Assembly (NCBI GenBank): GCA_022510765.1
Contig: JAFLSU010000004.1
Coordinates: forward strand, 3,608 to 67,607
From: Christensenellaceae bacterium
GTDB lineage: Bacteria > Bacillota > Clostridia > Christensenellales > CAG-138
DNA: 64,000 nt
Direction: 5' to 3'
Part shown: piece after piece, positions 1-9,303 of the stretch
Layout of the letters: each line of letters opens with the position of its first letter
Position numbering within the stretch: position 1 is the stretch's first letter
Made by a program: the position numbers and the translations under genes
The notes under the pieces: generated by a model
What the model was told of the DNA's origin: nothing
The model's input: only the letters and a program-made list of their open reading frames with translations
Database searches by the model: none

Positions 1-72
1 CCCTTGCGGGCGCTTTGCGGCTTCGTTTTTAGAAACCGAGATGATGCTCGCCTTACATCAGAAAGGACTATA

Positions 73-1101
73 ATGACCGGAGATTTCTTCCTTACAGAGT
101 GGTTTTTCTATCTTGTGCGGTGGCTTTACAGCGTACTTGGAAACAGCTATTTCCTAACGATCCTAATCATTACATTGACGCTCAGGCTGGTTCAGGTATT
201 TCCAGATATTAAAAGCCGCAGATCACAGCGCAAGCAGGCGGCACTTCAGCCGGAGATAGATAAGCTTCAGAAAAAATATGCCAATAATCCGCAGAAGCTT
301 CGTGAAGAGCAGAGCAAGCTCATGAAGGAGCAGGGAGTCAGCATGCTTTCAGGTTGCCTTCCGATGCTTCTTACGTTGCCAATATTCTTCTGCTTCCTTG
401 CAGCGTTCCGCTTCTGGGGATATGAACAGACGATCAAACTAACTTACGAAACGGTTGTGGATGCTAACAACGGATCCGTTGCGGATATGAACGATACTCG
501 ATCGCAGAGAACCTTTGATAGCTTTGACTTTGCTTGGATAACCAATATTTGGCAGCCTGACAGCGGCTTTGCGCCCGTCGTTCCAACGGCTTCAAACGTG
601 AAGAGGTACGGCAAGGTCGAAAGACTCGTTATCTTCAGCAAGGGATATGATACCATCGACGGAGAGCATGTTGACGGAGAAACCATCTGGAACACGTTCG
701 TTGAAAACGGGCTTGCAGAAGGTGAGTTCGGAAGCGATGATATGGTGCTTCTGTCCACTGAGGATTCGCAGAAAAAATACGATGAATTGATGGCGCGTTA
801 CGATACCGGATACAATAACGGATGGTTTATCCTGCCGATTTTTGCTGCGGTGTTCCAGTTCCTTGCGGCGTGGGTTTCACAGCGTCAGTCCAAGAAACTC
901 AACCCTGCGGCGGCAGCTCAGCAGGGCAGCATGAACTTTATGCTGTGGATGTTCCCGATCATGAGCATAATGTTCTGCTTGTCATCGACCTCCGCATTTG
1001 CGCTCTACTGGGTATTCAGCAGCATATTCCAGCTTGCTTCGAGCTCAATAGTGAATTACATAATCTCGAAGGAAGACGTGAGCGAGATCGTTGTAAAGTA
1101 G
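73..1101 (+). CDS. yidC: YidC/Oxa1-family membrane protein insertase
   Basis: ORF 4..1101. ATG at 73 is preceded by GAAAGGA. N-terminal TM, basic coiled loop (QPEIDKLQKKYANNPQKL) and conserved GCLPMLLTLPIFF motif. Sits in the conserved yidC-jag-mnmE order. Confidence 0.9.
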   Translation: MTGDFFLTEWFFYLVRWLYSVLGNSYFLTILIITLTLRLVQVFPDIKSRRSQRKQAALQPEIDKLQKKYANNPQKLREEQSKLMKEQGVSMLSGCLPMLLTLPIFFCFLAAFRFWGYEQTIKLTYETVVDANNGSVADMNDTRSQRTFDSFDFAWITNIWQPDSGFAPVVPTASNVKRYGKVERLVIFSKGYDTIDGEHVDGETIWNTFVENGLAEGEFGSDDMVLLSTEDSQKKYDELMARYDTGYNNGWFILPIFAAVFQFLAAWVSQRQSKKLNPAAAAQQGSMNFMLWMFPIMSIMFCLSSTSAFALYWVFSSIFQLASSSIVNYIISKEDVSEIVVK

Positions 1102-1350
1102 CGTTCATACGGCATGCTTCAACCGTATTGCTTAGGATGATATGTTAACTGAATTCAAAAAGAATAAGGCAGGCGCGATAGTCTTAAAAACGGTGCATCT
1201 CCCGTTCCGCCCGTCAAAAATATAATACATGAAAGGAAAACAGGGCTTACTAATATCAGGATGCCGACATGATGCATACACCCGCAGGAGCAAAGTTTCG
1301 GTCTTTCGGCGGGATAAATTGTCGGCAGCAGTACCCCCATACGGTGAAAA

Positions 1351-2685
1351 ATGATGCGTTCAATAGAAGCAACGGGCAAATCCGTTGATGCGGCCATATT
1401 CAACGGACTTCAACAGCTTGGGATATCAATAGACGAGGTCAACATCGAAATTCTACAGATGGAGACAAAAGGAATACTTGGTATCGGCGCAAAGCCTGCT
1501 AAGGTTCGTTTGACGGAAAAGCCTGCGGAAGAAGTGATCGTTCCCGATTTTGAGGCTGAGCGTGTGCGTGAGCGCCGCGAGAGGCAGGAGCGTCGTCGCG
1601 ATGGAAACGGCGGCAATGATCGCCGCAGAAATGAAGGACGCGATCGTCGTGACAAGAACGATAACCGCGACAAAGGTGACAACCGAGATAAGAACGACAG
1701 CCGCGATTATATCGATAACAGCAGCAAGGGCGAAAGTAGCACCGCAGACGCTGCGGTAGACCGCTGCGGAAGGAATGACGGTCGTGATGCACGCCGCAAT
1801 CGCGACGAGAACAGAACAAACGAGAATTACGAGCGGCGCAATAACGCTGAAAAGCGTTCTGAGGAAAGGCGTAAGAACGCTCAGCGCGGCGAGGTCAGGG
1901 ATGCGTCATCAACGGCATCCGTAAAGCCCGAGGTAAAGGCTGATGCGTCTGCCCACCCGACTGCTCCAATCAATCCTATCGATATGGCTCAGGCATCTTC
2001 TAAGCCTATGGAGACCGTTAAAGCGGTCGATTCGATTGAGCCTGACAATGCGAAAACCGAGAATTCGATGGAGCAGCAGGGTGGAAACACCTCGGCTGAG
2101 TCAAGGCAGAATCGTGAACGCGGCAATCGTCGGGATTATACGAAGGAAAGGGAAGTGGAGCAGCCTTCACCCGCTCCGGAGATCAACTATACCGAGGAGG
2201 ATACGATAGACAATCCTGCGGCGGATTTTGTTAATGGATTGATAGAGAAGATGGGCATTGAGGCCAAGGTTCTCGCCGCAAAGGAGGAAGGTGCCGTTCG
2301 TCTGCGCATCGACAGTGAGACGATGGGCGTGCTCATCGGTCACCGCGGCGAAACTTTGGATGCGATCCAGTACCTCACATCGCTTGTCATCAATCGCAAC
2401 CGCAAGACAGATGGCTATACCCGCGTGACAATCAACACCGAGGATTATCGCGAAAAACGCGAGGAAACATTGATAAGGCTTGCAAAGCGCGTTGGTGCGC
2501 AGGTAAAGGCGACGGGGCGAGCACGCGTACTCGAGCCGATGAACCCGTATGAGCGCAGGATACTGCACTCGGCATTGCAGAATAATCCTCATGTAGCAAC
2601 GCATAGCGAGGGTGAGGAGCCAAATCGTAGGGTGGTAGTTACGCCTAAACGGCGTTATAATAGGCGCAGCAATGAAGCCAATTAA
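1351..2685 (+). CDS. jag: Jag/KhpB-type RNA-binding protein (Jag_N + KH + R3H) with a long Arg/Asp/Asn-rich insert
   Basis: N-terminus MRSIEATGKSVDAAI..GLQQLGIS matches Jag_N. C-terminal KH (GVLIGHRGETLDAIQYL) and R3H (MNPYERRILHSAL) motifs. Position between yidC and mnmE. Confidence 0.85.
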   Translation: MMRSIEATGKSVDAAIFNGLQQLGISIDEVNIEILQMETKGILGIGAKPAKVRLTEKPAEEVIVPDFEAERVRERRERQERRRDGNGGNDRRRNEGRDRRDKNDNRDKGDNRDKNDSRDYIDNSSKGESSTADAAVDRCGRNDGRDARRNRDENRTNENYERRNNAEKRSEERRKNAQRGEVRDASSTASVKPEVKADASAHPTAPINPIDMAQASSKPMETVKAVDSIEPDNAKTENSMEQQGGNTSAESRQNRERGNRRDYTKEREVEQPSPAPEINYTEEDTIDNPAADFVNGLIEKMGIEAKVLAAKEEGAVRLRIDSETMGVLIGHRGETLDAIQYLTSLVINRNRKTDGYTRVTINTEDYREKREETLIRLAKRVGAQVKATGRARVLEPMNPYERRILHSALQNNPHVATHSEGEEPNRRVVVTPKRRYNRRSNEAN

Positions 2686-4021
2686 TACAAACGATACCAT
2701 TTTCGCACTGTCCACCCCCGTGGGCGGTGCGATTGCTGTTTTTCGAGTGAGCGGGAGCTTTGCGCTGCCCGTCCTGAGAAAAATCTTCGACGGCAGGATC
2801 GAAAACCGAATGCTTTGCCACGGAAGGATCCATAGAGGAGAGGCGGTTCTCGATGACACTATGGCGGTGTTCTTTAAGGGGCCGCATTCCTATACGGGCG
2901 AGGATATGTTCGAAATCAACCTTCATGGTTCGTATGCGGTCTGCGCCTCCGTTTCGAATCTGCTTGCGGAGAATGGACTTCGTAGGGCGGAACCGGGCGA
3001 GTTCACCAAGCGCGCGTTTTTAAACGGCAAAATGGACTTGGTACAGGCGGATGCCGTCATGGATCTCATACTCACAGAGACGGAGCGAAGCGCGAACGCC
3101 GCATTGGAGCAGCTCTCGGGCGGACTGAGCCGCCGTATCGCAGGCATTGAGGATGGATTAATTGATTTAATGAGCGAGCTTTCCGCCGCGATGGATTACC
3201 CGGAGGAGATGGAGGACGAAACGCTTTCAGCCGTTCCGGACGCGGTAGATCGGGCGGTCAAATCTCTTGGTGAGCTTATCTCGAACGGGAATTGCAGCAG
3301 AATTTTGCGTGAAGGCGCACGCGTGGTAATTTTGGGTCGTCCGAACGTTGGAAAATCCAGCCTTTTTAACGCTCTTGTAAATTCAGAGCGCGCGATAGTG
3401 ACCGAAATTGCGGGAACGACGAGGGACGTGCTTGAGGAGCATGTCAACCTGAACGGCATTCCGCTTAGGCTCGTGGATACGGCAGGCATACACGATACCG
3501 ATGACGTTGTTGAAAGCATCGGTGTGGAGCGTGCGCTTGCCGAGGCAGAGACTGCGGAGCTTACGCTGCTCGTATTCGATGGTGGGGAAGAGCTGACCGA
3601 GTGGGATACGAAATTGCTGGAGCGCACGAAGGAACTTCAAACCATGTTAGTAATAAATAAGGCGGATTCCTTCCGTAATGGATGTGAGCTGACGGCGGAT
3701 ACTCTTAATGAACTGCGTCCGAATGCCGATATTAACGTGATAAGCTGCGCAAGCGGCGAAGGATTGAGTGCGCTGAAGGAGAAGATAGCCATGCAGTTGG
3801 GCGCATCCGAGAGCGAGCGGGCGATCGTAACCAATGAACGCCATATCGAATGCATGAGCCGCGCCGTTTCCGAGCTTGTGGAGGTCAGAGATTTACAGCA
3901 GACCGACCTTATCGCGAACGGCATCGGGGAGGCACTCATGCACCTTGGCGAGATCACTGGCAGAACGGTGTCGGAGGAGGTTCTCGATAGAATCTTTGAA
4001 AGATTCTGCGTCGGAAAATAG
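2672..4021 (+). CDS. mnmE: tRNA uridine-5-carboxymethylaminomethyl modification GTPase MnmE
   Basis: N-terminal DTIFALSTP motif. G motifs GRPNVGKSS, DTAG and NKAD. C-terminal FCVGK (CxGK). Confidence 0.95.
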   Translation: MKPINTNDTIFALSTPVGGAIAVFRVSGSFALPVLRKIFDGRIENRMLCHGRIHRGEAVLDDTMAVFFKGPHSYTGEDMFEINLHGSYAVCASVSNLLAENGLRRAEPGEFTKRAFLNGKMDLVQADAVMDLILTETERSANAALEQLSGGLSRRIAGIEDGLIDLMSELSAAMDYPEEMEDETLSAVPDAVDRAVKSLGELISNGNCSRILREGARVVILGRPNVGKSSLFNALVNSERAIVTEIAGTTRDVLEEHVNLNGIPLRLVDTAGIHDTDDVVESIGVERALAEAETAELTLLVFDGGEELTEWDTKLLERTKELQTMLVINKADSFRNGCELTADTLNELRPNADINVISCASGEGLSALKEKIAMQLGASESERAIVTNERHIECMSRAVSELVEVRDLQQTDLIANGIGEALMHLGEITGRTVSEEVLDRIFERFCVGK

Positions 4022-4215
4022 ATCTTGCCTAAAACATATCGGGAAATAGGGCTTGAATAGAGCGATTAAGTCTTGTATCATAGTAACGCTAAGATTTGCT
4101 TTTAGGCTAAACTGATTTAGTGCTAAAAGCTTTGAGGATTGACATAACCAGTCCACCTCACCGTTTTCGGTCTATCCGAAATCGGTGTAGAAACAGAATA
4201 TTAGAAGAATAATTT

Positions 4216-4370
4216 CCTTAAAAGTTTTCGTGGTTGTAATGCGAAAATGTATTTTCGCATTAGGTACTTTTTCAAAAGTACCCTAAATGGGGTTTGGAAA
4301 GGCAGCAACATGAAACCTACGGTTTCATGTGCGGAATGTGCTGGTTCTGCTTTGCAGAACCGCACATTCT
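4216..4370 (+). repeat. Nested-hairpin intergenic repeat, family B, copy 1
   Basis: CCTTAAAAGTTTT..GGTACTTTTTCAAAAGTACC..TGGGGTTTGG core, plus two further strong hairpins (CATGAAACC/GGTTTCATG and GAATGTGC..GCACATTC). Confidence 0.6.
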
Positions 4371-4389
4371 GAGCCCCAATTAAAATAAT

Positions 4390-6219
4390 ATGAACAAAGA
4401 AGCTGCATACCTATTCAATACCGGGGAAAACATCTACGCATACCGACTGCTCGGCGCACACGAGGCGGAGCAGAACGGCATGCGCGGTTGGCGTTTCGCT
4501 GTGTTTGCTCCTCACGCGCAAGCGGTGTCGGTCGTGGGCGATTTCAACGGATGGAACACCGAAACAAACCCTATGCAGCCAAACGGAAGAACGGGGATTT
4601 GGCACTGCTTCGTTCCGGGAGCCTGCGAGGGGCAGCTTTATAAATTTGCGATAAGGTGCAGCGATGGACGCATGGTATTGAAAGCCGATCCGTTTGCGTT
4701 CCGTGCGGAGCTTCGACCTGGTACTGCATCGGCACTTCACGGAATCCCGAAAATAGAATGGACGGATGCGGAATACCTCGATCGCAGGAGGCGCACTAAT
4801 CCATTCACAAGACCGATGAACGTGTATGAGGTTCACGCCGGGTCATGGAAGCAGGGGCTGGATTTTGACGGATTGAGCCAAGAGCTTGTTGATTACTGTG
4901 CCGACATGGGCTATACCCATATCGAGCTGTTGCCGGTTTCGGAATTCCCGCTCGATGATAGCTGGGGCTATCAGGTGACCGGATATTACGCCGTGACCGC
5001 GCGATACGGTCAGCCGGAGCAGTTTATGCGCTTTGTCAACCGCGCCCACGAAAAAGGAATTGGAGTTATAATAGATTGGGTTCCCGCTCATTTCACAAAG
5101 GATGACCACGGTCTAAGGCTTTTTGACGGTGAAGCGCTGTTCGAGCCCGCTGACCCGCTGCGTGCCGAAATGCCGCAATGGGGTACGATGCTCTTTGATT
5201 ACGCAAGGGGCGAGGTACGCAGCTTCCTCATTTCCAACGCTCTCTATTGGCTGAAGGAATTCCATGTCGATGGACTGCGGGTGGATGCGGTAAGCTGTAT
5301 GCTTTACCACGATTTTTGCCGAAGCGAGTGGAGACCCAATATCTACGGCGGCAACGGAAACCTTGAAGCGATAGATTTTATCAAGCAGCTTAATATCGCA
5401 GTTCACAGAGAATGCCCGAATGTTTTGATGATAGCGGAGGAAAGCTCCTCCTATCCGAGGGTGACGGAGCCCGTAGCGGTGGGCGGTCTTGGGTTCGATT
5501 TCAAGTGGAACATGGGATTTATGAACGATACGCTTTTCTATTTCGAAAAGGATTGCATCTATAGAAAGTATCACCACGATAAGCTTACCTTCCCGATGGT
5601 GTATGCGTTTTCGGAGAAATACATGCTTCCGTTCTCCCATGATGAGGTCGTGCATGGAAAATTTTCGCTCATTGGGCGCATGAAAGGCAGCTACGATCAG
5701 CAGTTTGAACAGCTTCGCCTGCTCTACGCATACCAGTATGCGCACCCGGGGAAGAAGCTCAACTTCATGGGGAACGAGTTCGGGCAGTTCATAGAGTGGG
5801 ATTTTAAGCGTCCGCTAGACTGGTTTTTGCTCGATTACCCGCAGCACCGTGCGATGCACGAGTTTGTCCGCGCACTCAACAAAGCCTATCTCGCGACACC
5901 CGCTCTGCATCGTGAGAATAACGGCTGGGAGTGCTTCCGTTGGCTTTCGGTCGATGATGCAGAAAACGGCGTAATTGCGTTCATGCGCCGAAACGGCTCA
6001 TGCAGGTTGCTCGCTATCTTCAATTTTCAGCCGATTGAGAAGCCAAATTATCGGCTTATCACCGACGGAATTCGAAATTCTCCGATAACGGCAAGCTGCA
6101 TCTTTTCAACGCACATGGGAAGAGAAGATCGCATACGCTCAAAAAAGGTACGGAAAGGGGAACGCTATATCGAGATTCCGCTCTACGGCTACGAGGGTGC
6201 GTACTACATTTTAAGCTGA
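4390..6219 (+). CDS. glgB: 1,4-alpha-glucan branching enzyme
   Basis: GH13 branching-enzyme motifs DWVPAHF, GLRVDAV, MIAEESS and FSHDEVVHGK. 609 aa. Confidence 0.95.
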   Translation: MNKEAAYLFNTGENIYAYRLLGAHEAEQNGMRGWRFAVFAPHAQAVSVVGDFNGWNTETNPMQPNGRTGIWHCFVPGACEGQLYKFAIRCSDGRMVLKADPFAFRAELRPGTASALHGIPKIEWTDAEYLDRRRRTNPFTRPMNVYEVHAGSWKQGLDFDGLSQELVDYCADMGYTHIELLPVSEFPLDDSWGYQVTGYYAVTARYGQPEQFMRFVNRAHEKGIGVIIDWVPAHFTKDDHGLRLFDGEALFEPADPLRAEMPQWGTMLFDYARGEVRSFLISNALYWLKEFHVDGLRVDAVSCMLYHDFCRSEWRPNIYGGNGNLEAIDFIKQLNIAVHRECPNVLMIAEESSSYPRVTEPVAVGGLGFDFKWNMGFMNDTLFYFEKDCIYRKYHHDKLTFPMVYAFSEKYMLPFSHDEVVHGKFSLIGRMKGSYDQQFEQLRLLYAYQYAHPGKKLNFMGNEFGQFIEWDFKRPLDWFLLDYPQHRAMHEFVRALNKAYLATPALHRENNGWECFRWLSVDDAENGVIAFMRRNGSCRLLAIFNFQPIEKPNYRLITDGIRNSPITASCIFSTHMGREDRIRSKKVRKGERYIEIPLYGYEGAYYILS

Positions 6220-6250
6220 GCAAATTAAAATCAAGTCAATATATATTTAA

Positions 6251-6284
6251 GGGGCGTGAATCATGTTTTCACGCCCCATTTGTT
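6251..6284 (+). terminator. Intrinsic terminator after glgB
   Basis: GGGGCGTGAA / TTCACGCCCC 10-bp stem followed by ATTTGTT. Confidence 0.7.
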
Positions 6285-6305
6285 ATGATACCCTTTATGA
6301 GGATA

Positions 6306-6398
6306 ATACTAACATACTGCTAAAATTTTGACTGGTATGCGTAGCAAAAGGGTACAATACCGGTGCATGTAATAAATGATTTAGACGTATGTTAGCAT
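6306..6398 (-). mobile_element. MITE-like element, family A, copy 1 (inverted relative to copy 4)
   Basis: Bounded by ATACTAACATAC and GTATGTTAGCAT. About 30 bp at each end align with copy 4. Its terminal repeat contains the MATE stop codon. Confidence 0.6.
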
Positions 6399-7762
6399 AG
6401 GTTAGATTTTTCTTCGCGTGTAAGTTGCTTCCAAAGGCGAACCATTACGAAAGCGGTTATCGCAATCGCTAAAATGTCGGCAATCGGGGCAGCCCAGAAG
6501 ATACCTGTAACGCCCAAAGCTATTGGAATAAGGATGGATGCGATGATCAGGAATGCATCGCGTAAAACGGAAAGCGGGGCAGCTGATTTCGCGTGACCGA
6601 TGGATTGAAGGAAGATTGCGCATACCTTTTGAAGGCAGGTAAAGGTAATGAGGGATAGATAAATCCTGAGACATTGCGAAGCAAATTGAGTGTACAATTC
6701 GCTGTCGGTTCCGAACAGCCTGATGAACAGAATCGGCAGTGCTTCAAAAAGTATCGTACATACAAGGCAAACGACCGTTGTCCAGAACAGGATCAGTTTG
6801 AGCAGCTTTTTGACCCTGCCATAATTCTTTGCGCCATAATTATATCCAACTATGGGCTGCCCACCCACTGCGATACCGATTGCAATATTCAATACGATCT
6901 GAAAGAGCTTCATAATTACGACAAAGGCGGAGAGCGGTATATCGGCACCAAATTCTGAAACAGCTCCGTACTTAACCAAAAGAATATTATTTATGATTGT
7001 AATTATAACGATCGATAACTGTGTCAAAAGGCTTGACGAACCAAGTGCCATGACCCTCTTTAGCAGCGTAAAATCGGGCAAAAAGCTCTTAAGCGAAATC
7101 TTAAAGGTCTTACTTCTCCTAAGGTATGCGGCACAGATTAGAAAACTTACGAACTGGCCCAATATAGTTGCATATGCCGCACCCTTGATGCCCAAATGCA
7201 GCACATAGATCGCAATGGGATCACCTATGATGTTGAGCACAGCACCTACGATCATTGCACCCATCGCGTATCGTGGGCTGCCGTCCGCACGAATTATGGA
7301 CGCGAGCGAATTCTGAGCCAATGCTAACGGCATCATGGCATAGATTATACAACCATAATCATGGGCAAGCGAGATATTGGCATCGGTTGCGCCGATGAGC
7401 CGAAGGAGATTATCACCCCATATGTAGCTTATTGTAATGATGACTATGCCCGAAAGGAACGAGAATAGGACGCTGTTTCCCACGCTGCGATGAATGTCCT
7501 TTGTCTCATTTCTTCCAAGCGAAACGCTGAGTGCCGCCGCTGCTCCGTCGCCAAAGAACAATGATGCGCCCCAGCCGATCACCGTGATTGGAAAGATCAC
7601 GCCCGTGGCTCCATTGCCGATATATCCAACGCCGTTCCCGACGAAGATCTGATCTACGATATTGTAAAGACATGAAATGATAAGGGAGAAAATACAAGGA
7701 ATAGCAAACTGTTTTAACAGCTTGCCTACTCGTTCCGTGCCTAAATAAGTGTTGTCCTGCAT
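6392..7762 (-). CDS. MATE-family efflux transporter
   Basis: 456 aa with about 12 predicted TM segments. N-terminus (KLLKQFAIPCIFSLIISCLYNIVDQIFVG) is typical of MatE proteins. Confidence 0.9.
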   Translation of the reverse strand: MQDNTYLGTERVGKLLKQFAIPCIFSLIISCLYNIVDQIFVGNGVGYIGNGATGVIFPITVIGWGASLFFGDGAAAALSVSLGRNETKDIHRSVGNSVLFSFLSGIVIITISYIWGDNLLRLIGATDANISLAHDYGCIIYAMMPLALAQNSLASIIRADGSPRYAMGAMIVGAVLNIIGDPIAIYVLHLGIKGAAYATILGQFVSFLICAAYLRRSKTFKISLKSFLPDFTLLKRVMALGSSSLLTQLSIVIITIINNILLVKYGAVSEFGADIPLSAFVVIMKLFQIVLNIAIGIAVGGQPIVGYNYGAKNYGRVKKLLKLILFWTTVVCLVCTILFEALPILFIRLFGTDSELYTQFASQCLRIYLSLITFTCLQKVCAIFLQSIGHAKSAAPLSVLRDAFLIIASILIPIALGVTGIFWAAPIADILAIAITAFVMVRLWKQLTREEKSNLC

Positions 7763-7891
7763 AATGTTTTTACGCCCTTGCTTTAAAAGGGCTTCCTTTC
7801 TTGAGAATTTGAGGCATCATACCCGAAGGAGAATTTGCCAATGTGCGGCAGAAGCTCAAATGACGGGTCTTATCCTCCAAAATTAACAGAC

Positions 7892-7918
7892 AAAAAAAGC
7901 ACATGCATAAGCATGTGC
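7892..7918 (-). terminator. Intrinsic terminator inside the MATE 5' leader (attenuator candidate)
   Basis: Minus strand GCACATGC-TTAT-GCATGTGC followed by TTTTTTT. Lies 130 nt upstream of the MATE ATG. Confidence 0.6.
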
Positions 7919-8027
7919 GGACATATCGTACTAACATCAATCAACACATGCTGACAACTCCGTACCGTAATCAGATTTACGCACCGAAGTGCCACATGTG
8001 TCGTTGCTTGTCTATTCAATTGTTGTT

Positions 8028-8055
8028 ATTATACCATAAAGCCATAAAAAGTCAA
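8028..8055 (-). promoter_or_regulatory. Candidate extended -10 promoter of the MATE leader
   Basis: Minus strand TTGACT-16 nt-(TGg)TATAAT. Confidence 0.5.
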
Positions 8056-8106
8056 AGATATGTTTGGCTTAAAAAATATAAAATGCAGCTGCATGAGTGC
8101 GCAAAA

Positions 8107-9210
8107 TTAATCATTTTTCTCATTCAACATTTCCCTGCGCTTTTTCCTTCTTACACGGTTAATGTGCCTCTCAAAATCCCCATTCGCGATAAGCTCCGTC
8201 AGAACGAGCTGCTCAAAGGTTGGGACGGTACACGAATAAAATCCAAGCTTTTGCTCGAACAGCGGAACCAAATGCATGGGAAGAACCATGTAACCTACAC
8301 GAAGCGAAGGGGATATGGTCTTGGAAAACGTGTTCATATAGATAACATTATCATTTGACGCATGAGAAAACAAAGTCTCCTCAGGCTTTTTCGAGACGGA
8401 GAACTCCGATTCAAAATCATCCTCTATGATATAGTGGTCGCGGCTTGCCGCCCAACGCAGATACTCATGACGCTTGGATGCTGTGGCGGTCACGCCGCTC
8501 GGAAAGCTGCGGTACGGCGTGATGTGCAGGATTTTTGCATCGGTCTCCCATAATGCCGAGCTCTCAATGCCGTCATTGCCAAGCGGCAGCAGCTCATATT
8601 TCACATCAAAGACCTTATACACCTGCTCAATCTGCTTGTAAGAGGGAGACTCGATGGCATAGGTCATATTCCTTCCCAAGAGTTCAACTATCAGTCCATA
8701 GAGGTATTCCGCTCCCGAACCTATTATGATCTGCTTGGCAAAAACCTGTATCCCACGGCTCCGCGCAAGATACTGACCGATCGCTTCCCGCAGCTCGAGA
8801 CAACCGGAATTAGGGGATTTATTGAGCAGGGCTTCACCGTAATCACTCATAACCCGGCGCATCGTTTTAGCGAGAAGCGGATAGGAAAATTCCGATTGCG
8901 TTTCCGGACGATGAAGCGGAGGATGGGGTTCCGCAGACTTCCCGCTTGCGGAGCCAACAAAACCATCCGAAGCTTGAAATATGACAAAATAGCCGCTGCG
9001 TTCATGGGATTCGATATAGCCCTCATCGCAAAGCAGAGCATACGCATGCTCCACGGTTACGGTGCTGACGCCTGTTTCATCCGCCATTATTCGCTTTGAA
9101 GGCAGCTTGCTGCCCGGCGGATACAGCCCACTCACAATATCCTCCCGAAGCTGCCTGTAGAGCTGGAGATATGCGGGTGCGCTGTCGGATTCCTGTATTC
9201 TGTACCTCAT
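8107..9210 (-). CDS. MocR/PdxR-like regulator (GntR wHTH fused to a fold-type I aminotransferase-like domain), short form
   Basis: N-terminal GntR wHTH (LPSKRIMADETGVSTVTVEHAYALLCDEGYI). Aminotransferase-like domain with PLP-lysine context NTFSKTISPSLRVGY. Divergent from pdxK. Only 367 aa. Confidence 0.8.
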   Translation of the reverse strand: MRYRIQESDSAPAYLQLYRQLREDIVSGLYPPGSKLPSKRIMADETGVSTVTVEHAYALLCDEGYIESHERSGYFVIFQASDGFVGSASGKSAEPHPPLHRPETQSEFSYPLLAKTMRRVMSDYGEALLNKSPNSGCLELREAIGQYLARSRGIQVFAKQIIIGSGAEYLYGLIVELLGRNMTYAIESPSYKQIEQVYKVFDVKYELLPLGNDGIESSALWETDAKILHITPYRSFPSGVTATASKRHEYLRWAASRDHYIIEDDFESEFSVSKKPEETLFSHASNDNVIYMNTFSKTISPSLRVGYMVLPMHLVPLFEQKLGFYSCTVPTFEQLVLTELIANGDFERHINRVRRKKRREMLNEKND

Positions 9211-9303
9211 CTGGTGATATAAAATTCTCCTTTTTTGACCATTTCCATATAGTCAGATTTATTCTAAACTAATCGGGAATAAAAAGCAAGGGGGCGGGAC
9301 GGT

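Noticed and set aside
7903-8358. A 151-aa + strand ORF spanning the MATE leader and the 3' end of the MocR gene.
   Set aside because: It overlaps the MocR coding region in antisense, it is AT-rich and low-complexity, and it covers the promoter and terminator structures of the MATE leader.
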